Shown here in pieces: positions 50,180 to 63,965 of a stretch of 64,000 nucleotides of DNA (its first letter is position 1; each line of letters opens with the position of its first letter). Both the position numbers and the translations under genes were made by a program. The notes below the pieces were generated by a model, which was given only the letters and a program-made list of their open reading frames with translations, was not told the DNA's origin and searched no databases. Location of the stretch: NCBI RefSeq assembly GCF_964213995.1, contig NC_135808.1, positions 50,840,001-50,904,000 on the forward strand, given 5' to 3'. This DNA is from Mustelus asterias (Eukaryota).

Positions 50180-52974
50180 ACTGCTGACACTTTATCCTGT
50201 TTTTTTTGTACCCCGCCGGCCTTTGTTCTCAAAGGAGGGGTGAATGTGGTGAACCATCGTTGGTTCCCACTGGATAGTGCTGAGCCAGGGGCTGGCCAGG
50301 ACTACAAGGCTGTACATATGTTACTGTTGGGTTGTGCTATTGTTGCTGTTGGGGTTAGGGTGGGGTTGTTACACCTTTGTACTGTAGTGTTGTGGCACAT
50401 CCCAGTCGGGCTCCGCCTCCTGGGAGAGGTATAAGAGTCCCTGCTCTGGCCGGGACCCCTTCAGTCTGGGATAGTGTATATAAGTTCTGGTAGCTTCGTT
50501 AACAGTAAATAAAAGCCTTTCATTTACTGAGCTTCAAGCCTCGTGTCTGAATAGCACATCAAGGTGCAGCCGAATTAAAGGTGTCAGGGAGTGTCTCATA
50601 TATGAACAGTAGTGGCAACAATATATACAGCTCAACCGTGCCGAAGGCACGACAGTGGTTTACCACAGAGTCCTACCATTTACCCTGTACGTTCTACTTT
50701 GGTTTGTCCTTCCAAAGTGCAATATCTCACACTTGTCTGCATTAAATTCCATTTGCCATTTTTCAGCCCATTTTTCTAGTTGGTCCAAATCCCTCTGCAA
50801 GTTTTGAAAACATTCTTCACTGTCCACTACACCTCCAATCTTTGTATCATCAGCAAACTTGCTGATCCAATTTACCACATTATCATCCAGATCATTGATA
50901 TAGATGACAAACAACAATGGACCCAACACCGATCCCTGCGGCACACCACTAGTCACAGGCCTCCACTCAGAGAAGCAATCCTCCACAACCACTCTCTGGC
51001 TTCTTCCATTGAGCCAGTGTCTTATCCAATTTACTACCTCCCCATGTATACCTAGCAACTGAACCTTCCTAACTAACCTCCCATGAGGGACCTTGTCAAA
51101 GGCCTTGCTGAAATCCAGGTAGACAACATCCACTGCCTTCCCTTCATCCACTTTCCTGGTAACCTCCTCGAAAAACTCTAATAGATTGGTCAAACATGAC
51201 CTACCACGCACAAAGCCATGTTGACTCTCCCTAATAAGTCCCTGTCTATCCAAATATTTGTAGATCCTATCCCTTATCACACCTTCCAATAACTTGCCCA
51301 CCACCGACGTCAAACTTACTGGCCTATAATTTCCCGGATTTCTTTTGGAACCTTTTTCAAACAACGGAACAACATGAGCCACCCTCCAATGATCCAGCAC
51401 CTCCCCCGTGAATACTGACATTTTAATTATGTCTGCCAGGGCCCCTGCAAGTTCAACACTAGCTTCCCTCAAGGTCCATGGGAATACCCTGTCTGGTCCT
51501 GGGGATTTATCCACTCTGATTTGCCTCAAGACAACGAGCACCTCCTCCCCTTTAATCTGTAAAGGTTCCATGACTTCCCTACCTGTTTGCCCTATTTCTG
51601 TAGACTCCTTGCCCATTTCCTCAGTAAATATGGATGCAAAAAAACCATTTAGTATCTCCCCCATCTCTTTTGGTTCCATACACAGTCTACCACTCTGGTC
51701 TTCAAGAGGACCAATTTTATCCCTCACTATCCTTTTGCTCCTAACATACCTATAGAAGCTCTTTGGATTTTCCTTCAATCTGTCTGCCAAAGCAACCTCA
51801 TGTCTTCTTTTAGCCCTCCTGATTTCCCTCTTAAGTAGCTTCTTGCACTTTTTATACTCCTCGAGCATCTGATCTGTTCCTTGCTGCCTGTACATTTCAT
51901 ACAACTCTCTCTTCCTCTTAATCAGTGTTACAATCTCCCTCGAGAACCAAGGTTCCTTATTCCTATTTACTTTGCCTTTAATCCTGACAGGAACATACAA
52001 ACTCTGCACTCTCAAAATTTCTCCTTTGAAGGCCTCCCACTTTCCATTTACATCCTTACCAGAGAACAGCCTGTGCCAATCCATACTTCCCAGATCCCTT
52101 CTCATTTCATCAAATTTGGCCTTTTTCCAGTTCAGAACTTCAACCCGAGGACCAGATCTATCCTTATCCATGATCAGGTTGAAACTAATGGCATTATGAT
52201 CACTGGATCCAAAGTGTTCCCTCACACTCACATCCATCACCTGCCCTAACTCATTTCCCAATAGGAGATCCAATATCGCATCCTCTCTAGTTGGCACCTC
52301 TATATACTGATGTAGAAAATTCTCCTGAACACATTTTACAAACTCTACCCCGTCTAAACCTTTAACCGTATGCGAGTCCCAATCTATATGTGGAAAATTA
52401 AAATCCCCTACTATCACAACTTTGTGTTTCTTGCAGTTGTCAGCTATCTCTCCGCTGATTTGCTCCTCCAATTCTCGCTGACTATTGGGTGGTCTATAAT
52501 ACAACCCCATTAACGTGGTCATACCTTTCCTGTTTCTGAGCTCCACCCATAGGGCCTCTGTAGACAAGCTCCCTAATCTATCCTGCCTGAGTACCGCTGT
52601 AACATTTTCCCTGACCAACAATGCCACCTTAGCCTTTGGCTATTCTTAGCCTTTTTCAGCTGCATTATCTTGGAGAGGACGCTATCCCACGCAGATCAAT
52701 CATCAACACAGCACACAATGGAGAAACCTTTCTCACTTTGCCTCTTGTGGAATATGTCTGTCAGTACATTGGAGAAATAAACCCACATATCTATTCCTTC
52801 AACCAATGCCAGGTTTTCAGCAATAAGGTGCTTTTCGCAAAACCTTTTAATCTTCTTGGATTCTCAAACCAGAGTGTAACATTTAGTATTCTTTCCCACT
52901 AAGAATCTGATGAACCCTGCGCTGTTCAAAAACCGACCCAGAAGATTGGCATGTGAAGCATCACTAAATCGTAC

Positions 52975-55485
52975 ATAGAAACATGGAAACTAGGAGGAGG
53001 AGGGGCCATTCGGCCCTTCGAGCCTGCTCCACCATTCATTATGATCATGGCTGATCATCCAACTCAACAGCCTTCCCCATGTATCCTTTGATCCCCTCCG
53101 CCTCATGTGCTTTATCTAACGGAACAAAGAACAGTACAGCACAGGAACAGGCCTTTTGGCCCTCCAAGTCTGTGCCAACCACGTTGTCCTACCTAGACCA
53201 ACCGCCTGTATCCCTCCATACATAGAGTCATAGAGTCATAGAGGTTTACAGCATGGAAACAGGCCCTTCCATGCCGCCCTTATATTTTTTTAAAACCCCT
53301 AAGCTAATCCCAATTGCCCACATTTGGCCCATATCCCTCTATACCCGTCGTACCCATGCAACTATCCAAATGCTTTTTAAAAGATAAAATTGTACCCACC
53401 TCTACTACTACCTCTGGCAGCTTGTTCCAGACACTCACCACCCTCTGTGTGAAAAAATTGCCCCTCTGGACACTTTTGTATCTCTCCCCTCTCACCTTAA
53501 ACCTATGCCCTCTAGTTTTAGACTCCCCTACCTTTGGGAAAATATATTGACTATCTAGCTGATCTATGCCCCTCATTATATTATAGATCTCGATAAAATC
53601 ACCCCTCAGCCTTCTATGCTCCAGAGAAAAAAGTCTCAGTCTATCCAGCCTCTCATAACTCAAACCATCAAGTCCTGGTAGCATCCTAGTAAATCTTTTC
53701 TGCACTCTTTCTAGTTTAATAATATCCTTTCTATAATAGGGTGACCAGAATTGCACACAGTATTCCAAGTGTGGCCTTACCAATGTCTTGTACAACTTCA
53801 ACAAGACGTCCCAACTCCTGTATTCAATGTTCTGACCGATGAAACCAAGCATGCCGAATGCCTTCTTCACCACTCTGTCCACCTGTGACTCCACTTTCAA
53901 GGAGCTATGAACATGTACTCCTAGATCTCTTTGTTCTGTAACTCTCCCCAATGCCCTACCATTAACTGAGTAAGTCCTGCCCTGGTTCAATCTACCAAAA
54001 TGCTTCACCTTGCATTTGTCTAAATTAAACTCCATCTGCCATTCGTCAGCCCACTGGCCCAATTGATCAAGATCCCGCTGCAATTGGAGATAACCTTCCT
54101 CACTGTCCACCATGCCACCTATCTTGGTGTCATCTGCAAACTTACTAACCATGCCTCCTATATTCTCATCCAAATCATTAATATAAATGACAAATAACAG
54201 TGGGCCCAGCACTGATCCCTGAGGCACACCGCTGGTCACAGGCCTCCAGTTTGAAAAGCAACTCTCTACAACCACCCTTTGGCTTCTGTCAAGAAGCCAA
54301 TTTTGTATCCATTTAGATACCTCACCCTGGATCCCGTGAGATTTAACTTTATGCAACAACCTACCATGCGGTACCTTGTCAAAGGCCTTGCTAAAGTTCA
54401 TGTAGACAACATCAACTGCACATACCTCGCCTGTTCATGTGTCTATCTAGGAAAGTCTTAAATGTCGCTAATGTAACTACCTCAACCATCTCACTTGGCA
54501 GTGCATTCCATGTCACCACCACCCTCTGAGTAAAAAAACATCCCCCGCACATCTCTACTGAACCTTTCCCCCTTACCTTGAACTTGTGCCCGCCTGTAAT
54601 TGTAATTTCTGCTCTCGGAAAAAGCTTCCAACTGTTCACCTTATATATGACCCTCATTATTTTATAAACTTTTATCATCTTCCCCTGGGAGAACAATCCC
54701 AGTTTATTCAATCTCTCCTCACAGCTAAAACCACCCCCATATCAGGCAACATCCTGGTAAACCTTTTCTGTACTCCCTTCAAAGCCACCACGTCCGTCTG
54801 GTATTGTGGCGACCGGAATTGAACAGAGTATTCCCAATGTGACCTAACCAACGTTTTCTATAACTGGAACATAATTTGCCAACTTTTATCCTCGATGCCC
54901 CAGCCGATGAAGGCAAGCACGTCATATACTTTCTTCACCAGCTTTTCCACCTGTGCTGCCACTTTTAAGGATCTGTGGACCTGTCCTCCCAGATCTCTCT
55001 GTGTGTCTCTGCTCCTGATGGTTCTGCCATTTATTTTATAGCTCCCACCTGAATTGCATCTACCAAAATGCATCACCTCGCACTTATCCATCTACCATTT
55101 CTCCACCCAATTTTCCAGCCTATCTGTATCCTGCTGTATCCTCTGACAATCTTCATCACTATCCGCAACTCCAGCAATCTTAGTATCATCCGCACATTTG
55201 TTAATCAGACCAACTATATTTTCTTCCAAGTCATTAATACATATTACAAACAATAGTGTTCCCAGCACTGATCCCTGTTCAAGACCACCAGTTACAGACT
55301 GCTTCTTGAAAACATACAATGTTTTGGCCTCAACTGCTTTCTGTGGTAGCAAATTCCACAGGCTGACCATTCTCTGGATGAATAAATTTCTCCTCATCTC
55401 TGTCCTAAACACTCCGTCCTTAATCCACAGACTATAAGCCCTGGGTCTAGACACCCCCACCATCGGGTATATCCTTCCTGCATCT
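52975..55485 (-). mobile_element. CR1 cluster including a young copy (53221-54415)
   Basis: 365-aa RT ORF (FSKAFDKVPH, VPQGSVLGP, FADD) with (CTATGACT)n tail. Confidence 0.92.
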
Positions 55486-56194
55486 TACCAATCTCATATC
55501 ATCTGGTTCACCCAGGGCTGGGAACTTGAGTGTGCATTTCTCCAAGTTTAGTTCCTTCAATGTTTTGTTTGCTCTCAGAGCTTCCCCTCTCTCCTGCCAT
55601 GCTTCATCATGTACTCTGCTCCAACACCTCACAACTGGCATCAGGTCTGGTCTGAGTACACAACCAGGTCAACTGTCCAATCAAACTTCTCCAAGGATCC
55701 GTTTCTTCCTTGGACACTGGATCCTCTTTTTGTGAGGATCTGACCCGATTTATTGGATGGGATTAACATTTCCCAAATGATTGTCGGTTCAATGTCACAC
55801 CTGACTTCTTTTGCTTCATGTTTTAACCGATGTGTTTAAAAGCTCCTGAAGCCTGGCTTCCAACCTGGAATTCCTTCTTGATTTCATTGATCATCCATTG
55901 ATCAAATTCAACAAAACCTCCCCACAGAAAATCACCCACATTGATGATAAAGATTCCTGCTGCTCTCTCCTTGTGACACCAATAGAACATCGCAGAGTCT
56001 GCTTTCATCTGGAAACAACCCATTTTCAACAGGGCCGACCTCGGAGAGAAATCCCCTGTTCATAATGCATCAAATCAGTCCATAAACACCTGTTTAATTT
56101 CACAATTTTCCTTCGAGATCACAGGCTTCTTTAGATGCTTCAAAATATCTCCCTTTGAAATTTCTCACCCCACAAAAATGCTGCTTTTATATCT

Positions 56195-56526
56195 TAGAAT
56201 CCCTACAGTGCAGAAAGAGGCCATTCAGCCCATTGAGTCTGCACTGACTCTCGAAAGAGCATCTTACCCAAGCCCGCCACCAACACTGTCCCTGTAACCC
56301 CACACATTTACACTGGCTAATCCACCAAACCTGCACATCTTGCAATATTAAAGGGCAATTTAGCATGGCCAATGCACCTCCCCTGCATATCTTTGGACTG
56401 TGGGAGGAAACTGGAGCACCCAGAGGAAACCCATGCAGACACGGGAGAGAATGCACTAACACCACACAGACAGTGACCCAAGGCCAGAATGGAACCCTGT
56501 GAGACAGCAGTGCTAACCACTGTGCC
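56195..56526 (-). mobile_element. HE1-like V-SINE
   Basis: Head and core motifs, as in the other copies. Confidence 0.8.
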
Positions 56527-56802
56527 AAAGTGCAATATCCAGGAGTATGTCACTAAAGTGGCTAAAAATATCTTCAAGATTACTTTCCCTGCAGTTAGGG
56601 GATACCACCCTGAGAACTTGATCCCCAAGCCTTTCCTCAAATCCCCAAGTTCCCAGTCTAGATTTAGCATTGGAAGTGCTGTTAAGGAGAGATGTTTCTG
56701 AACATATCCACTGTGAGTCCAGTCTGGCTGTTCCCTATTTGGTATTTAGTGTAAACTCCAAACTCTCTCCAACTCCTTTTGTTTTGCTTCCTTTATCAAC
56801 TT

Positions 56803-57129
56803 ATCATAGAAACCCTACAGTGCAGAAGAAGGGCATTCGGCCCATCGAGTCTGCATCGACCACAATCCCACCCAAGCCTTATCCCCATAACTCCATGCAT
56901 TTTACCCTAGCTAGTCCCCCTTACACTAAGGGGCAATTTAGGCCCACCAATCAACCTAACCCGCACATCTTTGGACTGTGGGAGGAAACCGGAGCACCCG
57001 GAGGAAACCCATGCAGACACGAGGAGAATGTGCAAACTCCGCACAGACAGTGACCCAAGCCGGGAATCGAACCCAGGTCCATGGAGCTGTGAAGCAGCAG
57101 TGCTGACCACTGCAACACCATGCCACCCA
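56803..57129 (-). mobile_element. HE1-like V-SINE
   Basis: GGTTCGATTCC B box and V core. Confidence 0.85.
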
Positions 57130-57434
57130 TTTTCCAATTATCTTCCAATTGATTAGCAACTATTAAAACCTTTCTTTCACGGAGGCTTCTGCTTCTAATG
57201 ACATTCCACAGTTCCTTTTCTTATCATGCTCTGAGCTCAACTCTCCTCCTGTCTCTATCTGGACTGTTGTTAAATCAAGTTTCCCACATGTGACCAGGTT
57301 CCTGATTCCACATCCATGATCTTTTCCTGGGATCACAACCTCTTTCCGTTTCACTGTCAGAAATTATAGTGTGCTTCCTGGCCTTTCCCATCCTGACCTC
57401 ATTATCCACTGCTCTGATTTCCTGACCTCTTTTT

Positions 57435-58265
57435 AATTCATTTTTACAGGATGTGGGGATCGCTGGCTTGGCCAACATTTATTACCCATCCATATTTGCC
57501 GGTGAGCTGCCTTCTTGAACCGCTGCAGTCCATGAGGTATATGTACATCCACAATGCTGTTAGGGAGGGAGTTTGAGGATTTTGACCCAGTGACAGCGAA
57601 GAAACGGCGATATATTTCCAAGCCAAGATGGTGAATGAGTTGGTGGGGAATCTCCAGGTGGTGGTGTCTCAGGTGTCTGCTGCCCTTGTCCTTCTAGGTG
57701 GTAGTGCTTGTGTGTTTGGAAGGTGCTGTTGAAGGAGACTTGTTGAGTTCCTGCAGTGTATCTTGTAGATGGTACACACAGCTGACACTGTTCATCATTG
57801 AATGTTTGTGGAAGAGATGACCATCAAGCTGCTTTGTTCTCGATGGTGTTGAGTTTCTTGAGTGTTGTTGGAGCTGCATTCACCCAGGCAAGTTGAGAGG
57901 TCTTGTTCAGGTCTTGCTGCATTCAGATACGGACTGCTTCAGTATCTGAGGAGTCCCAAATGGTGCTGAACATTGTGCAGTCATCAGTGAACATCCCCAC
58001 TTCTGACCTTATGATGGAGGGAAGGTCATTGATGAAGCAGCTGAAGATGGTTGGGTCTTGGACACTCCCCTGAGGAACTCCTGCAGTGATGTCTTGGAGC
58101 TGAGATGACTGACCTCCAACCACCACAACCATCTTCCTTTGTACTGGGTGTGACTCCAACCAGCAGAGAGCTTCCCCCCGATTCCCATTGACTAAAGTTT
58201 TGCTACAGCTCCTTGATTCCACACTCGGTAAAATTATGTCAAGGGCAGTCACTCTCACCTCCCCT
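57435..58265 (-). mobile_element. 3' fragment of the CR1-group LINE family seen at 13-16 kb
   Basis: AGVPQGSVQDPTIFSCFINDLP..MFTDDC. Confidence 0.8.
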
Positions 58266-58308
58266 CTGGGTCTGGGAAAAGCCTTCCGTGAAAAGGATTA
58301 AATCTTAT

Positions 58309-59975
58309 TGTGACAACAGAGGGGCTTTGAGGTCAGCCCTCAATCTTCACTTTCCCCTGGAGTCCCGCTGAATATTTCACCATCTGGTGATGGTGAGAGA
58401 GCAGCCGTTCCCATCAGGGATTGTTCCCAAGGGACAGGATCAGGAGAGACAGGAGGGAGCGATTATTCCCAAGGGACAGGATCAGGAGACACAGGAGGGA
58501 TTCTACCCGAGTGTTAGCAGGCTTTTTTGCGAGGCAGCCACAAAACGTCACAAAGCCGATGTGACAGTTAAAGATGTATCTTTATTTTAACCGGCGATCA
58601 TTGAGAGATATCACCGAAGGTTCCCAGCTCCTCAGTGATTGAGCAGCCGGACCCCTCTGATGACAATATGACAATTACAGCTTGAAACAAAACAATTACT
58701 TACTTTCTCATCAGACATATCCGTCTTTCATTAGTTTTGCATCAATCAACAATAATACCTGCCATATACCTCAGCCAATTGCAGGTTATCACCTGAATAA
58801 TGGTATTTCATTAGTCCGTTTATTCCGGATGTCCTACCTTTCTTGACCAGATTAATTGGCAACCTCAGATGCTAATCCTAAAGTTCAAAAGTGAACATTC
58901 TCACAGACAAAAAGGTTGCTGCGAGGTTAGATGAACACATGATGCCGCGTCCAGACATACATCCTGCTGGACCAGATAGCGAATGATTCATTACAGCTGC
59001 TCTTAGTGTTTCTCCATGGAAACTTGTTGGTGAAACCTATTCAACCCAAGGTCTAAACTTTCCCTCGGAATATGGTTCTAATGACTTTTACCATCATCCT
59101 TTGCGGAGATCTGCTCTTTGACTGAAGCAAACAGGATTCCTTTTAAAATACATTTATAAAATACATTTCAAAATATCAACATCAATGTCTTTAATACCTC
59201 AATCACTTGTCGAATTACCTTCTGTATCTCATGTATATGTAAACTGTGGGGTTTTCCAACAAGGTGGCAATTAGACTCAGGAAACCAATGTCACAGGACA
59301 AAGGTAAAACTTTATTAAAAACCAGTGATCAATGGGAGAAGTTATCTCGATGGTCACAGATGCAGAATACCCAGAATGCTCAGACCAGTTCTGACGTTAT
59401 CAGTAAAAACAGAACGGTTATACATTTTCTTAATCTGATTCTCTGCCTGACATTAAATAAAATCATTGTCAAATGCCTCAGCCAACCACTTAGTACTTTC
59501 CAGCATGATGATGTCTCATTCGTCCATTATAAACCAGACGTTACTCCCTTCTTGGCTAAAGCTATTCCCCCTGTTGCCTGGATACGGTAAAGGCTGACGT
59601 AAGGGTCAAAATGGAGATTCCCACCAGCTCACTGCCAAGCTGAATAGACATGTGTTGCTGCATCCAGGGTCATGTCTATTCTATGTCTGGGCTGCAAATT
59701 AACCTATTCATTCTGTTGCAAAATGTGTTGCCTCAGAAAGATCTCCCAGATATGAGTTTGCAAACTCATGGGTTCCTAGGCCTTTGGCTTGAAATATTTT
59801 ACCTTTCCCATCATGCCTTTCAATATCTTGCATTGGCCAAAGTGTACAATCACAGTAAAATACTTGAAATACATTTCGAAAATCAACTTATTTGTCGTAA
59901 AATCATAGTTACTTGTTTAATTCTCTTACTGCACTCACATGTGGGTAAATTAACATTAACTCCTGACTGTTTGTA
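58309..59975. other. Unclassified sequence, possibly LTR remnants
   Basis: TGT starts followed by TTTATT near 58512 and 59245, and a 42-bp direct repeat near 58420-58500; no TSD found. Confidence 0.25.
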
Positions 59976-60217
59976 AGTTGGAGGTGTGTTTGTTTGTGAT
60001 GCCTCCTGTGGTCAACGAGCTAGGAATTGCGTGTGTGTGTGTATGTGTGTGTGAGATGCCTCCTGTGGTTGATGAGGCAAAAGCTTCAAAATGTGAGGGG
60101 GTAAGATGGTACGGGGTGGGTGAGGGTTTGGATGCGTTGGGGCTTTGGGTGAGTTTGAGATTGGGGGATATTCTGAAGGGCTGGTCAGGTGACGGGGTGG
60201 TTGGTGTTTTGAACTTA

Positions 60218-60557
60218 GATAGATACCCTACAGTGCAGAAAGAGGCCATTCGGCCCATCGAGTCTGCACCGACCACAATCCCACCCAGGCCCTATCCCCA
60301 TATCCCTCCATATTTTACCCACTAATCCCTCTAACCTACACATCTCAGGACTCTAAGGGGCAATTTTTAGCATGGCCAATCAACCTAACCCACACATCTT
60401 TGGACTGTGGGAGGAAACCGGGGCACCCGGAGGAAACCCACGCAGACACGAGGAGAATGTGCAAACTCCACACAGACAGTGACCCAAGCTGGGAATCGAA
60501 CCCAGGTCCCTGGAGCTGTGAAGCAGCAGTGCTAACCACTGTGCTACCGTGCCGCCC
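60218..60557 (-). mobile_element. HE1-like V-SINE
   Basis: GGGCGGCACGGTAGCACAGTGGTTAGCACTGCTGC head and V core. Confidence 0.88.
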
Positions 60558-61014
60558 TGGTGCTGCCAATCGAGTCAGGAGGGTATTCAGGGGGGTGAGG
60601 GGGTCAGACAGGGTGCCCTTTGAAGGCAGGGGACATGTTTCAGTTTTACACTGACCCCGGTGTTGGAACTGCTCTGAATCGTTCTAACTTTTCCTGGGTA
60701 ACTATTCTGGGCAGGAAGTAAGAAACATCCGAATTCTCCGGATTTCAATTCGAGTTTGAGGGTTCCAGACTCAGGGGAATTCCCCATATAGATCCGGGAT
60801 ACAACCATCCGGAGATTGGAAGTTCTGGGTCAAGAGGTCAGACCAACCAAAGATTGGATAAAGAGGTGGACAATAAGGAGAGTTTGAAAGGATCAAAGTG
60901 AGTGAGAGGGATGGAGGGATTTAGGGAGCGAATTCCAGAGCTTGGGACCCAGACAGCTGAAGGCACGGCCACCAATGGAATGTACAAGAAGCCAGAATGA
61001 AAGGAACACAGATA

Positions 61015-63965
61015 TAGAGCCATAGAGTCATAGAGGTTTACAGCATGGAAACAGGCCCTTTGGCCCAACTTGTCCATGCCGCTCTTGTTTTTTAAACTCC
61101 TAAGCTGATCCCAATTGCTGCATTTGGCCCATATCCCTCTATATCCATTTTACCCATGTAACTGTCTAAATGCTTTTTAAAAGATAAAATTGTACCTGCC
61201 TTTACTACTACCTCTGGCAGCTTGTTCCAGACCCTCTCCACCCTCTGTGTGAAAAGATTGCCCCTCTGGACCCTTTTGTATCTCTCCCCTCTCACCTTAA
61301 ACCTATGCCCTCTAGTTTTAGACTCCCCTAACTTTGGGAAAATATATTGACTATCTAGCTGATCTATGCCCCTCATATTTTCTAGATCTCTATAAAATCA
61401 CCCCTCAGCCTCCTACGCTCCAGAGAAAAAAGTCTCAGTCTATCCAGCCTCTCTTTGTAACTCAAATCATCAAGTCCCGGTAGCATCCGAGTAAATCTTT
61501 TCTGCATTCTTTATAGTTTAATAATATCCTTTCTATAATAGGGTGACCAGAACTGTACACAGTATTCCAAGTGTGGCCTTATCAATGTCTTGTACAACTT
61601 CAACAAGATGTCTCAACTCCTGTATTCAATGTTCTGACCAATGAAACCAAGCATGCCGAATGCCTTCCTCACCACTCTATCCACCTGTGACTCCACTTTC
61701 AAGGAGCTATGAACATGTACCCCTAGATCTCTTTGTTCTGTAACTCTCCCCAATGCCCTACCATTAACTGAGTAAGTCCTGCCCTGGTTCAATCTACCAA
61801 AATGCATCACCTCGCATTTATCTAAATTAAACTCCATCTGCCATTCGACAGCCTGCTGGCCCAATTGATCAAGATCCCGTTGCAATCAGAGATAACATTC
61901 TTCACTGTCCACTATGCCATCAACCTTTGTGTTATCTGCAAATTTACTAACCATGCCTCCGATATTCTCATCCAAATCAATAATATAAATGACAAATAAC
62001 AGTGGACCCAGCACTGAAGGGCAAAAAGCGGTCACAAAATGTTCTTGGCAGACAGGATTAAGGAGAATCCTAAGTCATTTTATTCATATGTTAGGAACAA
62101 AGGAGTTGTCAGGGAAAAAGTCGGACCACTCAGGGACAAAGGAGGGGAATTATGCTTAAAACCCAAGGGAATAGGGGAGATCCTAAATGAATACTTTGCA
62201 TCGGAATTCACAAAGGAGAGGGACTTGTTGACTGGGAGTGTCTCAGAGGGAGGTGTTGACCCGTTAAAGAGAATCTCCATTACAAGGGAGGAAGTGTTAG
62301 GTTTCTTAGGTAACATTAAAACTGACAAATCCCCAGGGCCTGATGGCATCTATCCTAGACTGCTCAGGGAGACAAGAGATGTAATTGCTGGGCCTCTGAC
62401 TGAAATCTTTGTCTCTTCATTGGACACAGGTGAGGTCCCTGAGGATTGGAGGATAGCGAATGTGGTACCGTTATTTAAGAAAGATAGCAGGGATAACCTG
62501 GGTAATTATAGGCCAGTGAGCTTGACGTCCGTGGTAGGGAAGTTGTTGGAGAGGATTCTTAGAGACAGGATGTATGCGCATTTAGAACGGAACAATCTCA
62601 TTAGTGACAGACAGCATGGTTTTGTAAGAGGGAGGTTGTGCCTTACAAATTTGGTGGAGTTTTTTGAGGAAGTGACAAAAACGGTTGACGAAGGAAGGGC
62701 CGTGGATGTCGTCTATATGGATTTCAGTAAGGCAATTGACAAAGTCCCTCATGGCAGGTTGGTTAAGAAGGTTAAGGCTCATGGGATACAAGGAGAGGTG
62801 GCTAGATGGGTAGAAAACTGGCTTGGCCATAGGAGACAGAGGGTAACGGTCGAAGGGTCTTTTTCTGGCTGGAGATCTGTGACCAGTGGTGTTCCGCAGG
62901 GCTCTGTACTGGGACCTCTGCTATTTGTGATATATATAAATGATTTGGAAGAAGGTGTAACTGGTGTTATCAGCAAGTTTGCGGATGACACGAAGATGGC
63001 TGGACTTGCGGATAGCGAAGAGCATTGTCGGACAATACAGCAGGATATAGATAGGCTGGAAAATTGGGCGGAGAAATGGCAGATGGAATTTAATCCAGAT
63101 AAATGTGAAGTGATGCATTTTGGAAGAACTAATGTAGGGGGGAGTTATACAATAAATGGCAGAGCCATCAAGAGTATAGAAACACAGAGGGACCTAGGTG
63201 TGCAAGTCCACAAATCCTTGAAGGTGGCAGAAGGTGGTGAAGAAGGCATATGGTATGCTTGCCTTTATAGGACAGGGTATAGAGTATAAAAGCTGGAGGC
63301 TGATGATGCAGCTGTATAGAACGCTGGTTAGGCCACATTTGGAGTACTGCGTCCAGTTCTGGTCGCCGCACGACCAGAAGGACGTGGAGGCTTTAGAGAG
63401 AGTGCAGAGAAGGTTTACCAGGATGTTGCCTGGTATGGAGGGTCTTAGCTATGAGGAGAGATTGAATAAACTGGGCTTGTTCTCCTTGGAAAGACGGAGA
63501 ATGAGGGGAGACCTAATAGAGGTGTACAAAATTATGAAGGATCTGGATAGGGTGAACAGTGGGAAGCTTTTTCCCAGGTCGGAGGTGACGATCACGAGGC
63601 GTCACGGGCTCTAGGTGAGAGGGGCGAAGTATAACTCAGATATTTGAGGGATGTTTTTTACACAGAGAGTAGTGGGGGCCTGGAATGCGCTGCCAAGTAG
63701 GGTGGTGGAAGCAGACATGCTGGCATCGTTTAAGACTGACCTGGATAGTCACATGAGCAGTCTGGGAATGGAGGGATACAAACGAATGGTCTAGTTGGAC
63801 CAATGAGCGGCACAGGCTTGGAGGGCCGAAGGGCCTGTTTCCTGTGCTGTACTGTTCTTTGTTCTTTGTTCTTTGATCCCTGAGGCACACCGCTGGCCAC
63901 AGGTATCCAGTTTGAAAACAACCCTCTACAATCACCCTCTAGCTTCTGTCATCAAGCCAATTTTG
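61015..63965 (-). mobile_element. CR1 copy (61015-62016 plus 63875-63965) interrupted by an opposite-strand CR1
   Basis: CAGCACTGA|TCCCTGAGGC rejoins across the insertion. Confidence 0.85.
62017..63875 (+). mobile_element. 5'-truncated CR1 LINE
   Basis: 416-aa RT ORF plus a frameshifted 126-aa end; (GTTCTTT)n tail. Confidence 0.92.

Larger units (their letters stand above)
37402..50561 (+). mobile_element. Tandem triple Gypsy (Mag-like) array with shared LTRs, 4405-bp period
   Basis: LTRs 37402-37467 (truncated), 41435-41751, 45840-46156, 50245-50561; a single TSD AGGTG (37397-37401, 50562-50566); PPT before each downstream LTR. Confidence 0.97.
37215..50667 (-). mobile_element. Solo Gypsy LTR (288 bp: 37215-37401 plus 50567-50667) interrupted by the tandem array
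   Basis: Minus strand TGTGGTAAACC...TATAAA...AATAAAAGCC...GCGCCTCA; TSD GAGTT/GAGTC (37210-37214, 50668-50672). Confidence 0.85.
36491..52627 (-). mobile_element. Young CR1 LINE ORF2 split into 50668-52627 and 36491-37214 by nested LTR insertions
   Basis: The 655-aa EN/RT ORF ends YRVNGRTL and resumes KSAVEQRDL near 37210, running to the 215-aa C-terminal ORF and tail. Confidence 0.93.
52630..57430 (-). mobile_element. Fragmented Copia-like retrotransposon (RT about 55490-56180, RNase H about 52630-52975), interrupted by CR1s and SINEs
   Basis: ADSAMFYW...GIFIINVGDFLWGG (decayed HVDD motif); FSDASHANL...SKKIKR..KSTL.AE RNase H. Confidence 0.6.

Noticed and set aside
4688-60557. tRNA genes
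   Set aside because: The tRNA-like heads all belong to SINE copies with V-domain cores.
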